A DNA stretch of 63,015 bases, the filler included, from Choristocarpus tenellus KU-1152 (Eukaryota; Protista; Phaeophyceae), in the NCBI GenBank assembly GCA_964200185.2. It is 10 parts of 10 records of this genome, joined end to end, with 100 filler letters (N's around TTAATTAATTAA, not from the genome) between each part and the next. Parts side by side here need not be neighbours in the genome. Positions count along the whole stretch, not along the records: positions 11,120 to 16,047 come from CAXNAD020012502.1; positions 16,148 to 19,639 come from CAXNAD020019660.1; positions 19,740 to 24,229 come from CAXNAD020014322.1; positions 24,330 to 35,272 come from CAXNAD020002613.1; 6 more parts are not named here. One strand, given 5' to 3'. Below are positions 14,301-27,583 of this stretch, piece by piece. The first letter of the stretch is position 1. Each line of letters begins with the position of its first letter. The position numbers were made by a program, and so were the translations under genes. The notes under the pieces are model-generated. The model was not told where the DNA came from. It made no database searches and saw nothing but the letters and a program-made list of their open reading frames with translations.

Positions 14301-15397
14301 TGCCTTTCATGGTGGAGGCAGGAAGCCTGGTGTGGATGACTTCGAGGTGGACCTGTTTCAGCCAGTGCAACAAGTTTCTCATGAAGAGAGGTACGTTGTT
14401 AAACTATAATTGTTGAAGTTATTAGCTTCTGCAAAACACTCCTAACTAAGCTGTGTTTCCTCCTACACTTGTGGATTAAGTTGCTGAAAGCAAAGTACTC
14501 TAGTTTAGAATATGGATATATGTCGGAAGGATATTGTGGTGTAGGGATAATCTGATAAGGTGATAGGCCTGGGTAAAACGGCAGAGAAGAGTTTACTCAC
14601 TTTTGAAGACACCTTGACAAGCCTTTGAGCATCTGGCTTTGTCGCATCAAGCACTGTCAGAAAAAAGGTTCAGCTGAAGCTTCCCTTTGATTTTATTCTG
14701 TCAAAAGGCAATAATCCCTCCATAGAATCACATACAACCCCCATCTCTGCATCCTAACCCAACTCAGGATACTATTTATTTAATTGCTAGAAATAATCAA
14801 AGGATGCTGGCCAAGTAAAGCCAGTAATCGTCTCAATCTCTGCTCTCTTCTAACAGTCTATTCCATATCTATGCTGATCCGTCTTCCTCCCAGTCTCAAC
14901 ATTGTCAAACTTCCCCTACCCCACCCATCTCATAGTACTTCCAATATGCCTTCCTACCTTTCACTTTACTGTTCTTGCATCAAGTTCATGACCCCCCCCC
15001 CCCCACACACCCCTGTCATACCTCTGGGGTCAGGGGGATCGAGCTGGCTGAGATGGAACCAGGGGAAGGANNNNNNNNNNGCCTTCCTACCTTTCACTTT
15101 ACTGTTCTTGCATCAAGTTCATGACCCCCCCCCCCCACACACCCCTGTCATACCTCTGGGGTCAGGTGGATAGAGCTGGCTGAGCTGGAAGCAGAGGAAG
15201 GAAGAAAACAGGCTCTTTATGATGCACTGATAGAGGAGGTCAAGGCAGCAGGAGAGGAGGAGACAACCCTGACAGCATTACGCACAAGAATGGAGAGGGA
15301 AATATCACAAATAGGTGTGATGGATGAGGTACAAATTGAAGATACAATGTGTTCACAACAAGTCGAAATTGGTGGAGCAAATGTGAGAAAAAGCTGA
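11365..15397 (+). CDS. Orphan multi-exon gene encoding a charged helical protein (exons ?-11508, 11834-11907, 12470-12683, 13737-13859, 14206-14390, 15166-15397)
   Basis: All five junction phases are consistent (0,2,0,0,2) and there are no internal stops: ..PEHNG-LLEPQAITLSSEFRGIVSQAFIELR-SVQDYANANN..NYWSKAQ-HELRDEAEKR..TEEQ-VVAPGAQW..SHEER-WIELAELEAEE..NVRKS*. The 5' end is uncertain and the donor at 11908 (GTTATT) is weak. Confidence 0.6.
13285..13538. mobile_element. MITE family B with a 4-bp TSD TTCC, inside an intron
   Basis: TTCC|GAGCCAAAGCA..TGCTTTGGCCC|TTCC. Confidence 0.88.
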
Positions 15398-15560
15398 AAA
15401 ATATATTGTCTGTGATGATGTAGCAGAGTCGTTGGTCTCTGGAACAAACAGACCACTAGCTTAGAATTGAGATAATTTCTTAAAATATCTCAAAAAAATT
15501 ACTTTCTGTACTCTTGAAGTGATCAAGCTCTGGCAACCTTTCAATTATTAATTTCCAAAT

Positions 15561-15828
15561 GAGTCAAAGTATCTTTGAGGGTAGAGCTGAATCCGTTTGG
15601 GAACCAAAATCCAACATTGCAATTTTGATGTAGTTTTGGCTATCGTGTTTGTTAGGAAGCATCAATATCCTTGTTGTGGACATATACATTTTACCTACTC
15701 CAAAATGCATGCATTTTACCTACTCTGAAACACTTCAGAGTAGGAAAATGTCATAATAAACCTGTGGGAAGCCAAGCTCCAAATGAACAAACAGGGCAAA
15801 ACTCGTACCCTCTAAGATACTTTCTCTC
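15561..15828. mobile_element. MITE family B; a further partial copy runs from 15988 to 16047 into the gap
   Basis: GAGTCAAAGTATCTTTGAGGGTAG..TACCCTCTAAGATACTTTCTCTC. Confidence 0.85.
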
Positions 15829-16967
15829 TGTAACTGCTGATACAATAGTGTTCCATTAATACTCCATTAGGATAATTATTGGACTCATAAGGTGGGATCT
15901 CACAGCCACTTTATTTGCCCTTCAAAATCAAGTAAAATCGTGACACCTCTTTCACTTTGAAAAAAATATCCTTTGAACCTTAACCCTGAGTGAAAGTATC
16001 TTAGAGGGTACGATTTTTGCCCTGTTTGTCCATTTGGGGCTTGGCTTNNNNNNNNNNNNNNNNNNNNNNNNNNNNNNNNNNNNNNNNNNNNTTAATTAAT
16101 TAANNNNNNNNNNNNNNNNNNNNNNNNNNNNNNNNNNNNNNNNNNNNAATCATTGCTCAGCAAAATTACCCTACAAACTTGGTGTGCAATCAATCAATTC
16201 GTAAGGGCCAATATCTCACACCGGCTCTCATCTCTTCAACTTGTGTGGCCATGTTTGCATGCTTGGTTTGGACGGTAAGCAGTCGACTGTGGGCGAACGG
16301 TATACTGCCCAGCCTATCGTCATGGATTCTTTGGGAACTCTTATCCCACCCTTCCTTCCACAAGCAAAACAGCAGTCCACCTGGTGTGAATTTGCCTCCT
16401 GACGTTTCAATGTCAAGCGAGCCTTATCCACGTCGTCCCTCCATATCTCCACCATACTACTCATTTCAGGTTTGTTCGCCTTGTCCAGTCCGCCCTCCTC
16501 CTTCACAGGGGATTATAACTGTGGTGGTATGGTGAATATGTCAATATATTGTGGCAATATTTGTTTGATGGATGATGACATTCTCACAGAACTAAAAGGC
16601 AAGCAGAAGAGATTGGAATAGAGTACAGACAGATTGAAAGTCATCTCAAACCTTATTCTGTGGAAATAGGTAAGGAGTATTAAATATAGAGTAGTAACAC
16701 CTCAATTTATAGTAGTAAATAGACAGTCTCTTCGGGTGTATATGTGAGTGTGTGTTGAGGCGAGAATACAGAACAAAATTCAGGCAGGGTCTTCGCACCA
16801 ATTTATGAATGAAATGACAAAAATATCCTTCTTCACTGCTCTACTATAATACTGGTACTACAACACTACAAACACTTGAAGTAGTAGTTTTGTCTGTTTG
16901 TTTGCATATTGCGATGTTTATGGTCTGAGAGTTGTTGCCTCTCCATCGCATTCTATTTAAATACTAA

Positions 16968-17999
16968 TGGGGAAGTTTATGAAGTAATCTGAGTTTTGGG
17001 AATTCTGGTAAGACCGATGTACATGGAAGGGAGGGTTGATTAGGGAAAAGAAGTATCAAAGGGTAGACGAAGAGTTAAGTACTGAGTGCCTAGGAGCCAG
17101 AAGGGTATGGGAGAAGTTAGCTTGGTAGGTGGAAGCACGAGGTAAGAAGAAATGGTCGGAGCATAAGGAAAACCTGACGCTGGTGATACGGGACAACCAG
17201 GGCTAGAACAAGACAACCTCTGAGCAATCTCTCCCACCCGCCCAACCTTTCGATTGGTCACGACCGACTGGGATGCTGGGTAAGGGGGAGGAGGTAAAGT
17301 TCGGGTGGGGTAGATGTCTTCTTGTTCAAGGGCACGGCATGAAGTGGATGGTGAAGGGGTTTTCTTGGATGATTGTGGAGTGGTGCTGAGCGGTGTGGGG
17401 GAATGGAAAGTGGTGAAAAGTGTTGTGGGGTTGAGTGGTGTTGGATGTGTGGGGAAGTGGAAAGTGTCGTGAGGGGGAGTGGTGTTGAATGGTATAATGG
17501 AGTGGTAAGTGGTGTGGGGTTGGGTGCGGTTGAAGGGTGGGGTGGTGACTGGAAATCAGTGGTGAAGGGGTTGCACTGTTTGGTCATCAGATGTGGTTGG
17601 TGACTAGAAATCAGCGGCAAAGGGATCGCACTGTTGGTCATCAAATGGGGTTGGAGACTGGAAATCAGTGGCGAAGGGGTCGCACTGGTTGGTCATCGGA
17701 TGTGGGGGGTGGAAATCAGTCAAGGGGGTTCACACTGGTTGGTCATCGAAGGTGGGGGGTGACTGGAAATCAGTGGCGAAAGGGCTTCACACTGGTTGAT
17801 TATCGGATGAGGGCGTGACTAGAAATCAGTGGCAAAGGGGGTTCGCACTGGTTGGTCATCAGGGGTGGGCGGTGACTGGAAATCAGTGGCAGAAGAGGGT
17901 CACACTGGTTGGTCACAAGTGGTGGTACAACGGGGAGGAGGAGAATGGGTGAAGTGCAAACATAGAACAAAAAATAATGATCCAGAATTCGTGAGCAAA
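16968..17999 (+). mobile_element. Non-coding ~1-kb interspersed element with 7 tandem ~56-bp hairpin units (17544-17916); copy 1
   Basis: Shares the ends TGGG(G/A)AAGTTTATGAAG.. and ..GAATTCGTGAGCAAA and the whole body with 29368-30671 (minus) and 32764-33660. No TSD seen. Confidence 0.85.
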
Positions 18000-18739
18000 G
18001 CAAAAATGGAAAATGGAGAGACCTGACTCCTATCTCATTAGTGTTGTCACCTAGATATCTCGCGACGGCGCGCTGCATGATCTCTTTACATCTTCCATAC
18101 TCTTTTGAAAACATTTATGGAGGTGCCAAAGTGGTATGAATCAATTCAGTCTGGTACAACACACATTGAGTTTCCCACTGGGGAGTTTGGCTCGTTTTGC
18201 ACTCATTACCCCAGCAACTAATGTTCGTTAGCAGTTCGGGACTGTTTGGATCTCTATCTGCATTCATTGCTCGCAATGTGATGAATCCCTTCTCGATTTG
18301 CTAGATCGTGGGATTCGTAGGCAATCGTCCTGACCAAAACTATACTCTACAACCTACTTTCTGCCACTCAAAGCGGACGATGTGGGGGCGTCAATGAAGA
18401 TCAATGTTATCGTATGGGGTTAAGTACTCCCCTTTATCGCACCCTCTAGCACTTGGAAAAAGTTGGACTTCCAGGATCCACACCCTAATGAACTCAACCC
18501 AAGGTCCAGAGGTGGGAGTGTGGTCTGCGCTCCATTTGTAATGGTTTGTTCGTATCTACTCCTAAGACAAATATGCGGTGAAGATTCTCTTTATTTTTCT
18601 CCTAGGTGCAGTTTGCAACCTTCTGTCGAAATCATTTATTCGCTTTATCAACAGAAGTCATATTGAATTGTACGTTCTTGAGCGTAGATGATACGACAAT
18701 ACCATTGGGCTATCCTGCGTCTCACTTGCAACGACCATA

Positions 18740-19458
18740 ACGATTGACTGTCAACCCTGCATGGTCAGGATAGGGTACTTCAGGAAACAGAGCTCTGCTT
18801 ATGCAACAGGAAGGGGGGTGTACTGGGGTAAACAGGAGGTGGAGCTCCAGAAGTTAGTAACCACTGTGACCCAGCAGCACCAGGAGAAAAGGAACAGCAG
18901 GGGTGTTTGCCTGGGTAAACCCGTGCGGGTTGTGCTGGGGGGAAAAGAGAAGAACATCCTCCCCTAAGCTACCACATTACTCCAGCAGCACCAGGAAGAG
19001 GAGGACAGGGAGAGGGTGTGCGATCTGCACCTGGGGGGTGTAGACACAGCATGGAGGGTTTTCCTAACATAGCTGAGACGTTTGCATTATTGATGTTTGG
19101 AGCATATGCGATCCTTCACTGTATCTATGCTCACTCCTTTAGCAAATAACAGAGCTGTAAGCCCCAACGTGGGGTGGAGTCCTTATATGCTATCATGGAT
19201 CCAGACCAGATCTTTGAGCTGGTAAAGGAGGAAGCCAAAAACTGGAGAACGTATGAGAGGGCCCGGGATTCTGAAACGAAATTAATCAAGCAAGGTGAAC
19301 CTGGTGGTAAACGCCAAGAGGAGAAGCCTAAGTTTGGGGGGGCGAATGGCAAGCCAGGGCAAGGCACACCTGGTAGTGGACTGGGTGTGAGGAAGAACAT
19401 GTTCCAAGGGACTTGTGATGCATGTGGGAAAGTTGGGCATAAACATGCTCAATGCTGA
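18740..19458 (+). mobile_element. Ty3/Gypsy-like gag remnant with a zinc knuckle
   Basis: CDACGKVGHKHAQC is a CX2CX4HX4C knuckle at the end of ORF 19174-19458. Upstream CA|TGGTCAGGATAGGG near 18740 resembles a degenerate tRNA-Leu primer-binding site. Truncated by a MITE near 19505. Confidence 0.65.
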
Positions 19459-19504
19459 AGCTTGCTGGTTGGAGTCCGGAAGGAACAGCAGCATCAGCAG
19501 CAGT

Positions 19505-19639
19505 GTGAGAGTATCATAGAGGGTACGAGTTTTGCCCTGTTTGTCCATTTGGGGCTTGGCTTCCCATGTTTTTTTTAATGACATTTTCCTACTCAATATA
19601 TTTCGAGTAGGTAAAATGTGGATCAAAGTATCTGGGGGG
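19505..19639. mobile_element. Family-B MITE left half interrupted by a family-A MITE end at the contig break
   Basis: AGTATCATAGAGGGTACGAG..GTCCATTTGGGGC.. followed by GATCAAAGTATCTGGGGGG. Confidence 0.75.
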
Positions 19640-19739
19640 NNNNNNNNNNNNNNNNNNNNNNNNNNNNNNNNNNNNNNNNNNNNTTAATTAATTAANNNNN
19701 NNNNNNNNNNNNNNNNNNNNNNNNNNNNNNNNNNNNNNN

Positions 19740-22700
19740 CTCCCCTCCCCTCCCCCGTATCGAGGTCACCCTTCTCTTCATTGTCCTCGTCGTCCTCGTC
19801 CTCCTGCTGCTGCTCCTCGTCCTCCTCCTCATCTTCATCCTCCTCCTCGTCCTCCTCCTTGTCGTCGTCGGTGTTGTCCTCCTTTTCGTCCCCATTCTCC
19901 CCTCCCATCTTCTCTCCTCGTTCCTTGAATTTCGTCTTCCGTCCTTCTCCCACAAAACTCCCCCTTTCCCTCGCCTTGACAGCAGACCGTAGAACTGTCA
20001 ACACCTTGGTAGGAATCTTTTTGCCGTTCCCAACAAGTTTGTCTCACGTCGAAACAATACCCGCCTCGGGTTACCAGCTTACGTCTTTAACCTGCTTAGG
20101 TTTCCCAGGTCGCCCGGACCTATCACCAGCATGTATGTAGCCTTCGACAAAAGTACTTTTCCGGTACTTTTTAAGGGTCAGAAACGCGGCGTTGTCACGT
20201 GTATGGTCACTGGTCGGCCAAAGTCAGTTAAGGTCCACCCCATGCTCCCCATCGTTGCCGACATGCTCCGCTAGGATCTTGCTGACCAAAAGCGGCGCCT
20301 CCGTTGCCACAAAAAAGGCAAACCTGCCTTCCTGCACAGTGAGGAGGTTTCGATCGTTTGCCGATCTCAAGGTAGCACGAGGCCAACCCCGTCGACGGAA
20401 GCCAGCTTCTTCCGTGTCACTGTCCGATGAGGAAGAGTCTATTTCCTCGAGCCTGCCGAGATCATTGTCACCGCTGACAAGATTACCTCCTCCACCCGAA
20501 CGTTCGCCCTGGTCGGTGTCTTCGACGTCGCTGGTACCTGTTCCAGCGCCATCGTCATCGGTTGCAAGCCAATGGACTGGGAGGTCGAAGTCTTGTTCCC
20601 CTGTCTTTTTGAGAAGCCGCACAGAATCGCTTTGCTCGTGTTTCACTCTCTGAACGGCTTCTTCGTCTGTGAAGGTGGATGGCATGAGCACGAGAACATC
20701 AACGGTATGGAAACATGAATGTGACTTTGTAACCAGTTGTAAGGTTGCACGAAGGCACTCGGGGAGCATGTAGTGAGAGGGAGGGTGTAGATTTCGTCGG
20801 ATTCGTCGCTGTTGAGTACAAGATCGGTACCCTCAAAACAATTATCCCCGGTAATCTATAGTACTTGTTTATCGTGACACGCGACGATCACTACGCTTGA
20901 GAATGGAATATTTTCTAGGTTGTTTTGGTAAAGGCTGTAAAGGCTGCCTCGTACAGAAGTTGCACCAGATTTTTTTGGCTGCCACCGAATACAAAAATTG
21001 GCCATCAACTCCCCTCACGAAATGTTCGACTTACCCAGTGGGTATGCAGCAGTGAGATGCTTGTGCGACGCCTGGTACCGCTGCTCCACCTTCAGGATGA
21101 CGTCTTCGGGAACACTCTCGAGCTGGTAGGGGGGTGCATCTTGGAGACACGGTGGGTGGCCGATGAAGAGGTCATGTGGAGGGGGCGTTGGGGTCGATAG
21201 CAACGTTGGCACCTATCCCATTCCATGCGGTGCTGTGCATGGATTGGTTTACGCTAACCTTCACCCGCCCATCACCGCCTTTTTCAACGCGAAAAGCCCT
21301 ATAGCTCGTGATGTTGGGAACACGGTTGATGCGACCGCAAAGGAGTCCCTTGAAGTTGCCCTCGTTCCATAGGGTCTTGCAGTAGACTGGAACCTCCGTG
21401 TAAGAGGCCTGCAGCTCTTCACCCAGCTGTGTTCTTGTGAAGATGTTCTTCCCTTTGATACCATGTGAGAACCTGAAGGTGAAATGCAAGCAAGTTAATT
21501 TTGAGGCGGGTGCAAAAGAAATGTGGGCGAGACGCACGTGTGCATGTGAACTTTCAACCCCATAGAAGATGCAATGTTAGAAGAATAGGCGGTGATCCAC
21601 GTCGGGAAGGAGAAAGGAATGGTTAGGTTGTCTCCAGGGGGGTTATGTGGTCGAATCGGTACAGCAGGCGGCGGAAGAAGGTGCAGGAGGTTTCATGACG
21701 ATGTGGATTTTTGTGGACAGATGATGCTAGGCGTAGCTACGGGGAGGACGAAGAGCTTAGCCAAAAGCCGTCATGGTCGTTTCCTCGCGAGAAGGATTAA
21801 TGAAGACAGAGAGCCGTTGCCCTTGCGCTCTTGTCCGGTGTAGATGGGTATTACTTTTTGTATTACATGCCAACATAGGATGTGTTGGATTTGGTGTAAA
21901 ATAACATAGAAGTGGAGAAGCAAGATATATATGCAGGCACATGCTCTGATGCATGTATATGGAAGTATAAATATAAAAAGGGGTGATGCATACATTTGTT
22001 TTGTTTTGTTTTGTTTCGAGGTTAGGTTACAATACAGTTTTGCCAGCTGCTCTTCTCGTGCTATTTTGTTGTGGGGAAATCAAAAGTCAATCAATCAATT
22101 GCAGTGTATGACCATAAACCTTCCAGAGTGGCAACAAGCGTGAACCGCAAGCCTCAAGGCAGTATCTGTCCATCTAAAAACACCATGTGGCTATCGCATT
22201 CACGGTGCGTGCCTAATTACCTGGAGAAGATCTGATCGATCTTGATGTGTGTGTGCCCCACCACCACAAAATGTATCTCAACCACATGAACAACACTTGC
22301 CGCGACCAACAGCCCCGCATATCCAAGAAAGAAATTGTTCTTGTTCTCTGAGAGGCAGTTGTCGACTTGGGTAGTTTGGGGAGTGGGGAGCGAGGGAGGG
22401 ATAGGAGTGAGGCCGATGTGTCAGCCCGTTTCACCACGTTTCGCGGAGAAACAGGGCGTGTTTCCAGTAGTTCTAGAGTGCAACCTCTACATCACCGCCA
22501 TCATACATGCAAGTTGCAACCCACAAACTAACACTAAATACCACCCAGTTAGTTACTTGGCGGCCGCTATTCGGCGAGTAGATCGCAAGTAGGTCGTCTC
22601 AAGATTAAACTTCTTACCTGCTAATGCGTGTGCTGGATGATGCAACCCCCCGTGATCGAAGCTGTTGTGGTACTTGTCGATAAGCCTTGTGAGGGCAAGG

Positions 22701-24229
22701 TGGTTGACTGTGCAGACAAGGTTACAACCTGCGCGAACGATAATGTCTGTCGTTAGTTGGCAAATAGTACTCTGCTTACTTACGCATTGTTACTTGGAGC
22801 TAAAAAGAGGGGTAATGCAATGTGTTTTTGCGATGTAGAGCACACACACCCGACTGGCTGATATAGATGTCTGTCGGTTTCCCTCCTCCTTGATTAGCCC
22901 TTATGCTCCTCTCGCCCTTCCGAAGCTGAGGCGTACGAGGGCAGGGGAGCACAGCGCATCATCAGTTAATCGACTGTTCACCAGGCCTACGGTATATGTA
23001 GGCAAATCGTGCAAGGATGTACTCGTCCTCGGGCATCTAACCTGCGGCGAGTCCCCTCACCATGACGGTCAATCAAGTGGTGCTTGCACAACCAGCATCT
23101 ATTCGGTTGTGTGATTGTTGTGCCACAACCCACATTACGTACCTCCTCCAAGATTTTGAGGAGTGAAGAACACCTCCGCCAACTGGCCTTCGACGTGTGC
23201 GGCCATGATCTTCTGGCACTCGGAGTAGCCCCTGATAAAAAGGACATGAACCAAAGAAAGGTGTAAAGAAAGGTGTTACGGGGTGTCATCATCATGATGA
23301 ACGGAATAGGTAGTGGAATTATGTACGTCTGTTTTGGCGGTTATTTCTTGGGACTTTGCACTCACTCGTTGAATAAAACAGGGCGGTCTATTCTCTTCTG
23401 CGTGCGGCTGCAAACTTCTTGACAAATGGATTATGCGTGCGTGTGGTTACCTGCCACCGCCGTGGGCAGGTGGGTAAAGTGCTGGGAGGGCGCGGGATGT
23501 CTGGTTCGCCGCGTCTACAGACATGAACATGAAGCCGAGAGGTTTACCGTCGGTTTTGGCCCACATGGCGCTGCTGGTGTTGTTGGCGATGACCAGCCGA
23601 TCCGCTTGGATAATCTGGCGAACAGGGGAGAGCGACATCACGTCTATAAATCAAATAAATCTGCTTAGAGGTGTAAAAAAATGACCACTTGTTAACACGT
23701 ACCAGGTACGTGACAAAAATCGAGTGTAGGTAACAATAAATGTTTGTCTTTACTCCTATTTTTTACTGCTGCATTCAAGGCAAAGACAGCATTATCGGCA
23801 CGGGAGCAAGTATGTACGTACGGGGACGGAAGACTGCAACATGATATGTCCCTCCCACAGCCCGTTGTAGACGACCAGGAGACAGTCCATCACACAAGGT
23901 GTTTGGGCAACTAATAACAACAGTTTGGTGCTGAGTGAGGCTGCTGCTGCTGCCATAAGCACCTGCATCGGAGTCTTCATTCGCAAAAGGAAACAGATGT
24001 TGTTCCCAAGGAAGGGCAATGACGGTGACTTGTTGCTACTGTACGATTGTCGCAAAATTAACGCTGGACACCTACCTTTTGATGGTCTGACAGCTCCTTG
24101 TCGATGGACTTGAGGACGGTGGAGTCGTTTCGTGGGTTTTACACCAGGTGCACCGTGCCGCTTCTCTTTTAACGTGACACATATGTCACATTTCATCAAT
24201 TCGCCTCCTACCCTCACCCTGATGTTGGG
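19740..24229 (-). pseudogene. Intron-containing Sola-type DDD transposase, decayed (exons >24229-24076, 23614-23451, 23231-23143, 22728-22618, 22365-22221, 21472-21035, 20666-<19740)
   Basis: The spliced product has KCDIC..H, SVDAANQ (D1), GGGCNLVCT, AVDNCLSENKNNFFLGY (D2) and VVGHTHIKIDQIFSR (D3). I associate these motifs with Sola1/DUF7869 transposases. Splice phases are consistent once frameshifts near 24130 and 21180 are allowed for. The last exon has three in-frame stops and ends in an acidic tail. Confidence 0.82.
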
Positions 24230-27200
24230 NNNNNNNNNNNNNNNNNNNNNNNNNNNNNNNNNNNNNNNNNNNNTTAATTAATTAANNNNNNNNNNNNNNN
24301 NNNNNNNNNNNNNNNNNNNNNNNNNNNNNCGACCCCCTTCCCATCTCTCCCTCTACTTTCAACCCTACACTTCTAACTCCCCCCCCCCCCCTCCCCCAAC
24401 ATGTCAAAATATTGTAATAATTGCTCCAGGCTAAAATTGAAAAGCAGATGAAACACACCATGGGTAAAATTTGTAACCATGTAATTTTCTCAACTTGTCA
24501 ATGCTTTGATGTGTCTTGCAAAATAAAATAAAAAACTATGTTGCAGGCCAATCACCTTGACTTTTACTACTTCGAAATATATCTTGACTATGACTTGACT
24601 ATGACTTGACTATACACAGGAATCAGCAAATGCAATGGCAACAAGTAACATCCTCCCTATGCAGTGCGAAAATATCCACAGTTAGAAATTCCAAGGAAAA
24701 TAACTGACTTGAACAGTAGTATTCTCCCCTCACACTCGCTTTGAGATCCCTATAACGTCTGCTGCAATCCCTATAATGTATGCTGCAATCCCTCAAATAA
24801 TAAATTATATTCCTAACTCGTATATAGGAGTGCCTCGAAGACAGCGGGATATCATGCCAAGCAAAGGGAAAAGGCAATCCTGGAAAAGGGGGCCAATGAG
24901 GTGATGAAAGTGTGTATGGCATTGTATACCACCAGTTATCACATATAGTTCATGCCTCATCTTCTGCAATGCAGGCCAGGTCATGAAAGAATATACAAAC
25001 GTAGATCTCCCTGTGTAAAATTGGTGTATGGACTTTAAGGTAGATGACGGATCACCTTACTCCTTGGTGCAACTAATCAAAGGAAAGTGGCTACCTTTGG
25101 GAAGATAGAATACATTCATGAACTATTGGGGGACAAAGTTTGGTGCTGGAAAAAGGTAGTCTTCAGAGTAACTTTGCATCACAAATGAGGACAGTGCAAC
25201 TGTGATCATATAGTGAAGTGGGTCTATTTATATGCTACATGTACCATTACATACTTTGTCTGATATTTGGTATGCCCAGTCACCAACTTTGAAGTGCTTG
25301 TATTGGATTTTCCTGACAACATAATCAAGTACGGTCCTACTGACTCATTCCTATCGACTACTTTCACTGAATACTGAGTATTTGACATACTTGGTATTCA
25401 TAGTACAACATGTACTTGAATATAATTCACTCACAATTATGGAGGGTCAAATTGCTTGTGCTCTGCAGTACCCCACAGTACGCTAGAAATACTCAGAAGA
25501 ACCTTCAAATATCTCATCACTCCAACCTCCATTCGTCGTTTCATCTCTTCAGGTTGATGTTGCCAGCATATTTTCTCGCCTCAAGGACTTCGCATTGTCC
25601 ACCATGCCTACCCCTGATAGTTTGGTCAATGGAAAGAAGAAGCAGCAGCGGTAAAATTATTTCAATGGTTTGTTTACAAATTTGTGTGGGTGCCCCAATT
25701 GTTGGGTCCAGTAGACATTGGACCACTTCATACTATCAGCAGTCAAAAACGACACACAGAGAATAGGTATACAGGTGCCAACAATTGTTTCCAAAGTATA
25801 AAAAGTGCTGGGCAGTAGCCAGTGTGTAGAACAAGCCGTTGAGTATACGCACTGGCTTATTTTGCATAATTCCTTTAGGTTACCAGAACAAATCCAATCA
25901 TAGTCTGTCTTATTTGATTTGAATAGCCTCCTGGATGTGATTTGGCGGTCTCAACCCCAAACACAACACAATAGCAGCATACACTCTAACTCTACTTAAA
26001 GTATGTATTGTAGTAGGAAACTACTAGATGTCATCTGAATAGATATCATCTGGAGTGGAACCATTCAGAGATAACTAACACTTATATTGCGTACCTTTAA
26101 GAAAAACTCTTGATCTGATACCATACATCTTGCGATATGAAAATGACTCAAGCAGATACTTGATCCAAATTCTGAATTCCTGGACCACCTATTCTGCGTT
26201 TGATCAGTAAGTTGATGGAATCTGATTTGCATAAAACTGAGTGACAACATGTTGTTGTTGTTGTGTGTGTGTACGCGCGCGCGCGTGCATGCGTTTGTCG
26301 GCCTATCTACTGTATTGTTGGGCGGTCTACCAATACTGTATATTTGTTGGAAACTGTACTAAAAATTTCAAATCACACACTTCACTCATTTCACTATTTA
26401 ACTCTCACAAGAGACACAGCAGGTCCACAAATAGCATGCATTTGCCTCCAGGAAATGTCACAAAATCGAGAAAGATGTTTTCCACCTACTCAGATATTCA
26501 AACCGGGTTCGGAGGACCCTATACCTTGGGTCCATTGTAAATCCTTTCTCAATGTCACTCGTAGCTAATTGAAACCTTGTGCGGGATATGGAATGGTGCA
26601 AAGGTTGTTAGGGATGGCCCAGGACAGCAGGTGAAGTACAGATGACAGCGCATCCACCATGGAGTGCTGTCAAATTGTCCTGCTTACAAAAAGGATAAAA
26701 AATACCAAGTACATGAAATCCCCACCCCCCTTCCCTGAACCTGCTGGTGGCATCTTTTGGGGGAATAAAGAAAGGTTTTCTTACCTAGAATTTAAGGAGA
26801 AGGCAGTGGATACTACTGACTGGTAAACATCCAAAATATGACGCAACAACATCTTCAATCTATTGGCGCAAGACAAGCAGCAGCCGACGCTGTCGTTATC
26901 CAAGTGACCAGTGTACACTGTTCCAAAAAATAACCACCAAATGTGACATAATGCAGAAGTAGACCGCACACAGTTCTGCAGTTTGCTTGGGTTTGGACTA
27001 CTTCCCATCTCTCTATGGACATTGCGAATCACCCTAAAGCTCATGCAAGGCCTAGGCCAAAGTCCGGTTACTGGAGTGTACCAACTAATAATAGGTTGTT
27101 GCAGATGTTGACTGAGGAGATCTAGAATCCATGCCTACAATTCAGGACCCCAACCTCATATTCAATGACCCCTCTCGGGGAGGGATTCACATATCATATC

Positions 27201-27402
27201 ATTCCATGTGGAGGGGGTGCACCACCTGAGTCTACAAGAGCAGTCTGTTTTTTTTGTTCACTGTGGGCAGCAAATGCACCCACGTATGTCTGACGCTTTA
27301 TAGCCATGTCTCTCTCACAGAGAGCTATGAAGTAAGCCAGGAATGCTCGAGATCTAGTCCAGGAAGGTAAATAAGGTCTCTTCTGCACTCCGTATAGTTG
27401 TA

Positions 27403-27583
27403 GGCTCAAAGTATCTGGACGGGAGGTGTGGCTGTCCATTTGGGGCCCATTTTTCCATTTTCGTGATTTTGGGTGAATTTAGTTGAATGAGTCTGATGGA
27501 TAATGTAAGTGCACTTCTCCTGGTTAGGAACGGAATGGACACCCTGGTGTACACCCCTCCCCCCCCCCCACATACTTTGAGCC
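27403..27583. mobile_element. MITE family A (181 bp) with TSD TGTA
   Basis: TGTA|GGCTCAAAGTATCT..ATACTTTGAGCC|TGTA. Confidence 0.9.

Noticed and set aside
14948-15200. ~120-bp direct duplication
   Set aside because: It flanks a 10-N gap and is most likely an unmerged read or contig overlap.
17544-17916. CRISPR array (palindromic repeats with spacers)
   Set aside because: The linkers are only ~14 nt and similar to each other, the repeats are degenerate, there are no cas genes, and the array travels inside a eukaryotic interspersed repeat.
20040-20230. Methylation or RIP-like signature from C-to-T nonsense codons
   Set aside because: There are too few sites, and stop codons commonly arise by transitions anyway; a multi-copy alignment would be needed.
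19781-20653. Ser-rich plus-strand ORFs
   Set aside because: Antisense shadows of the acidic transposase exon.
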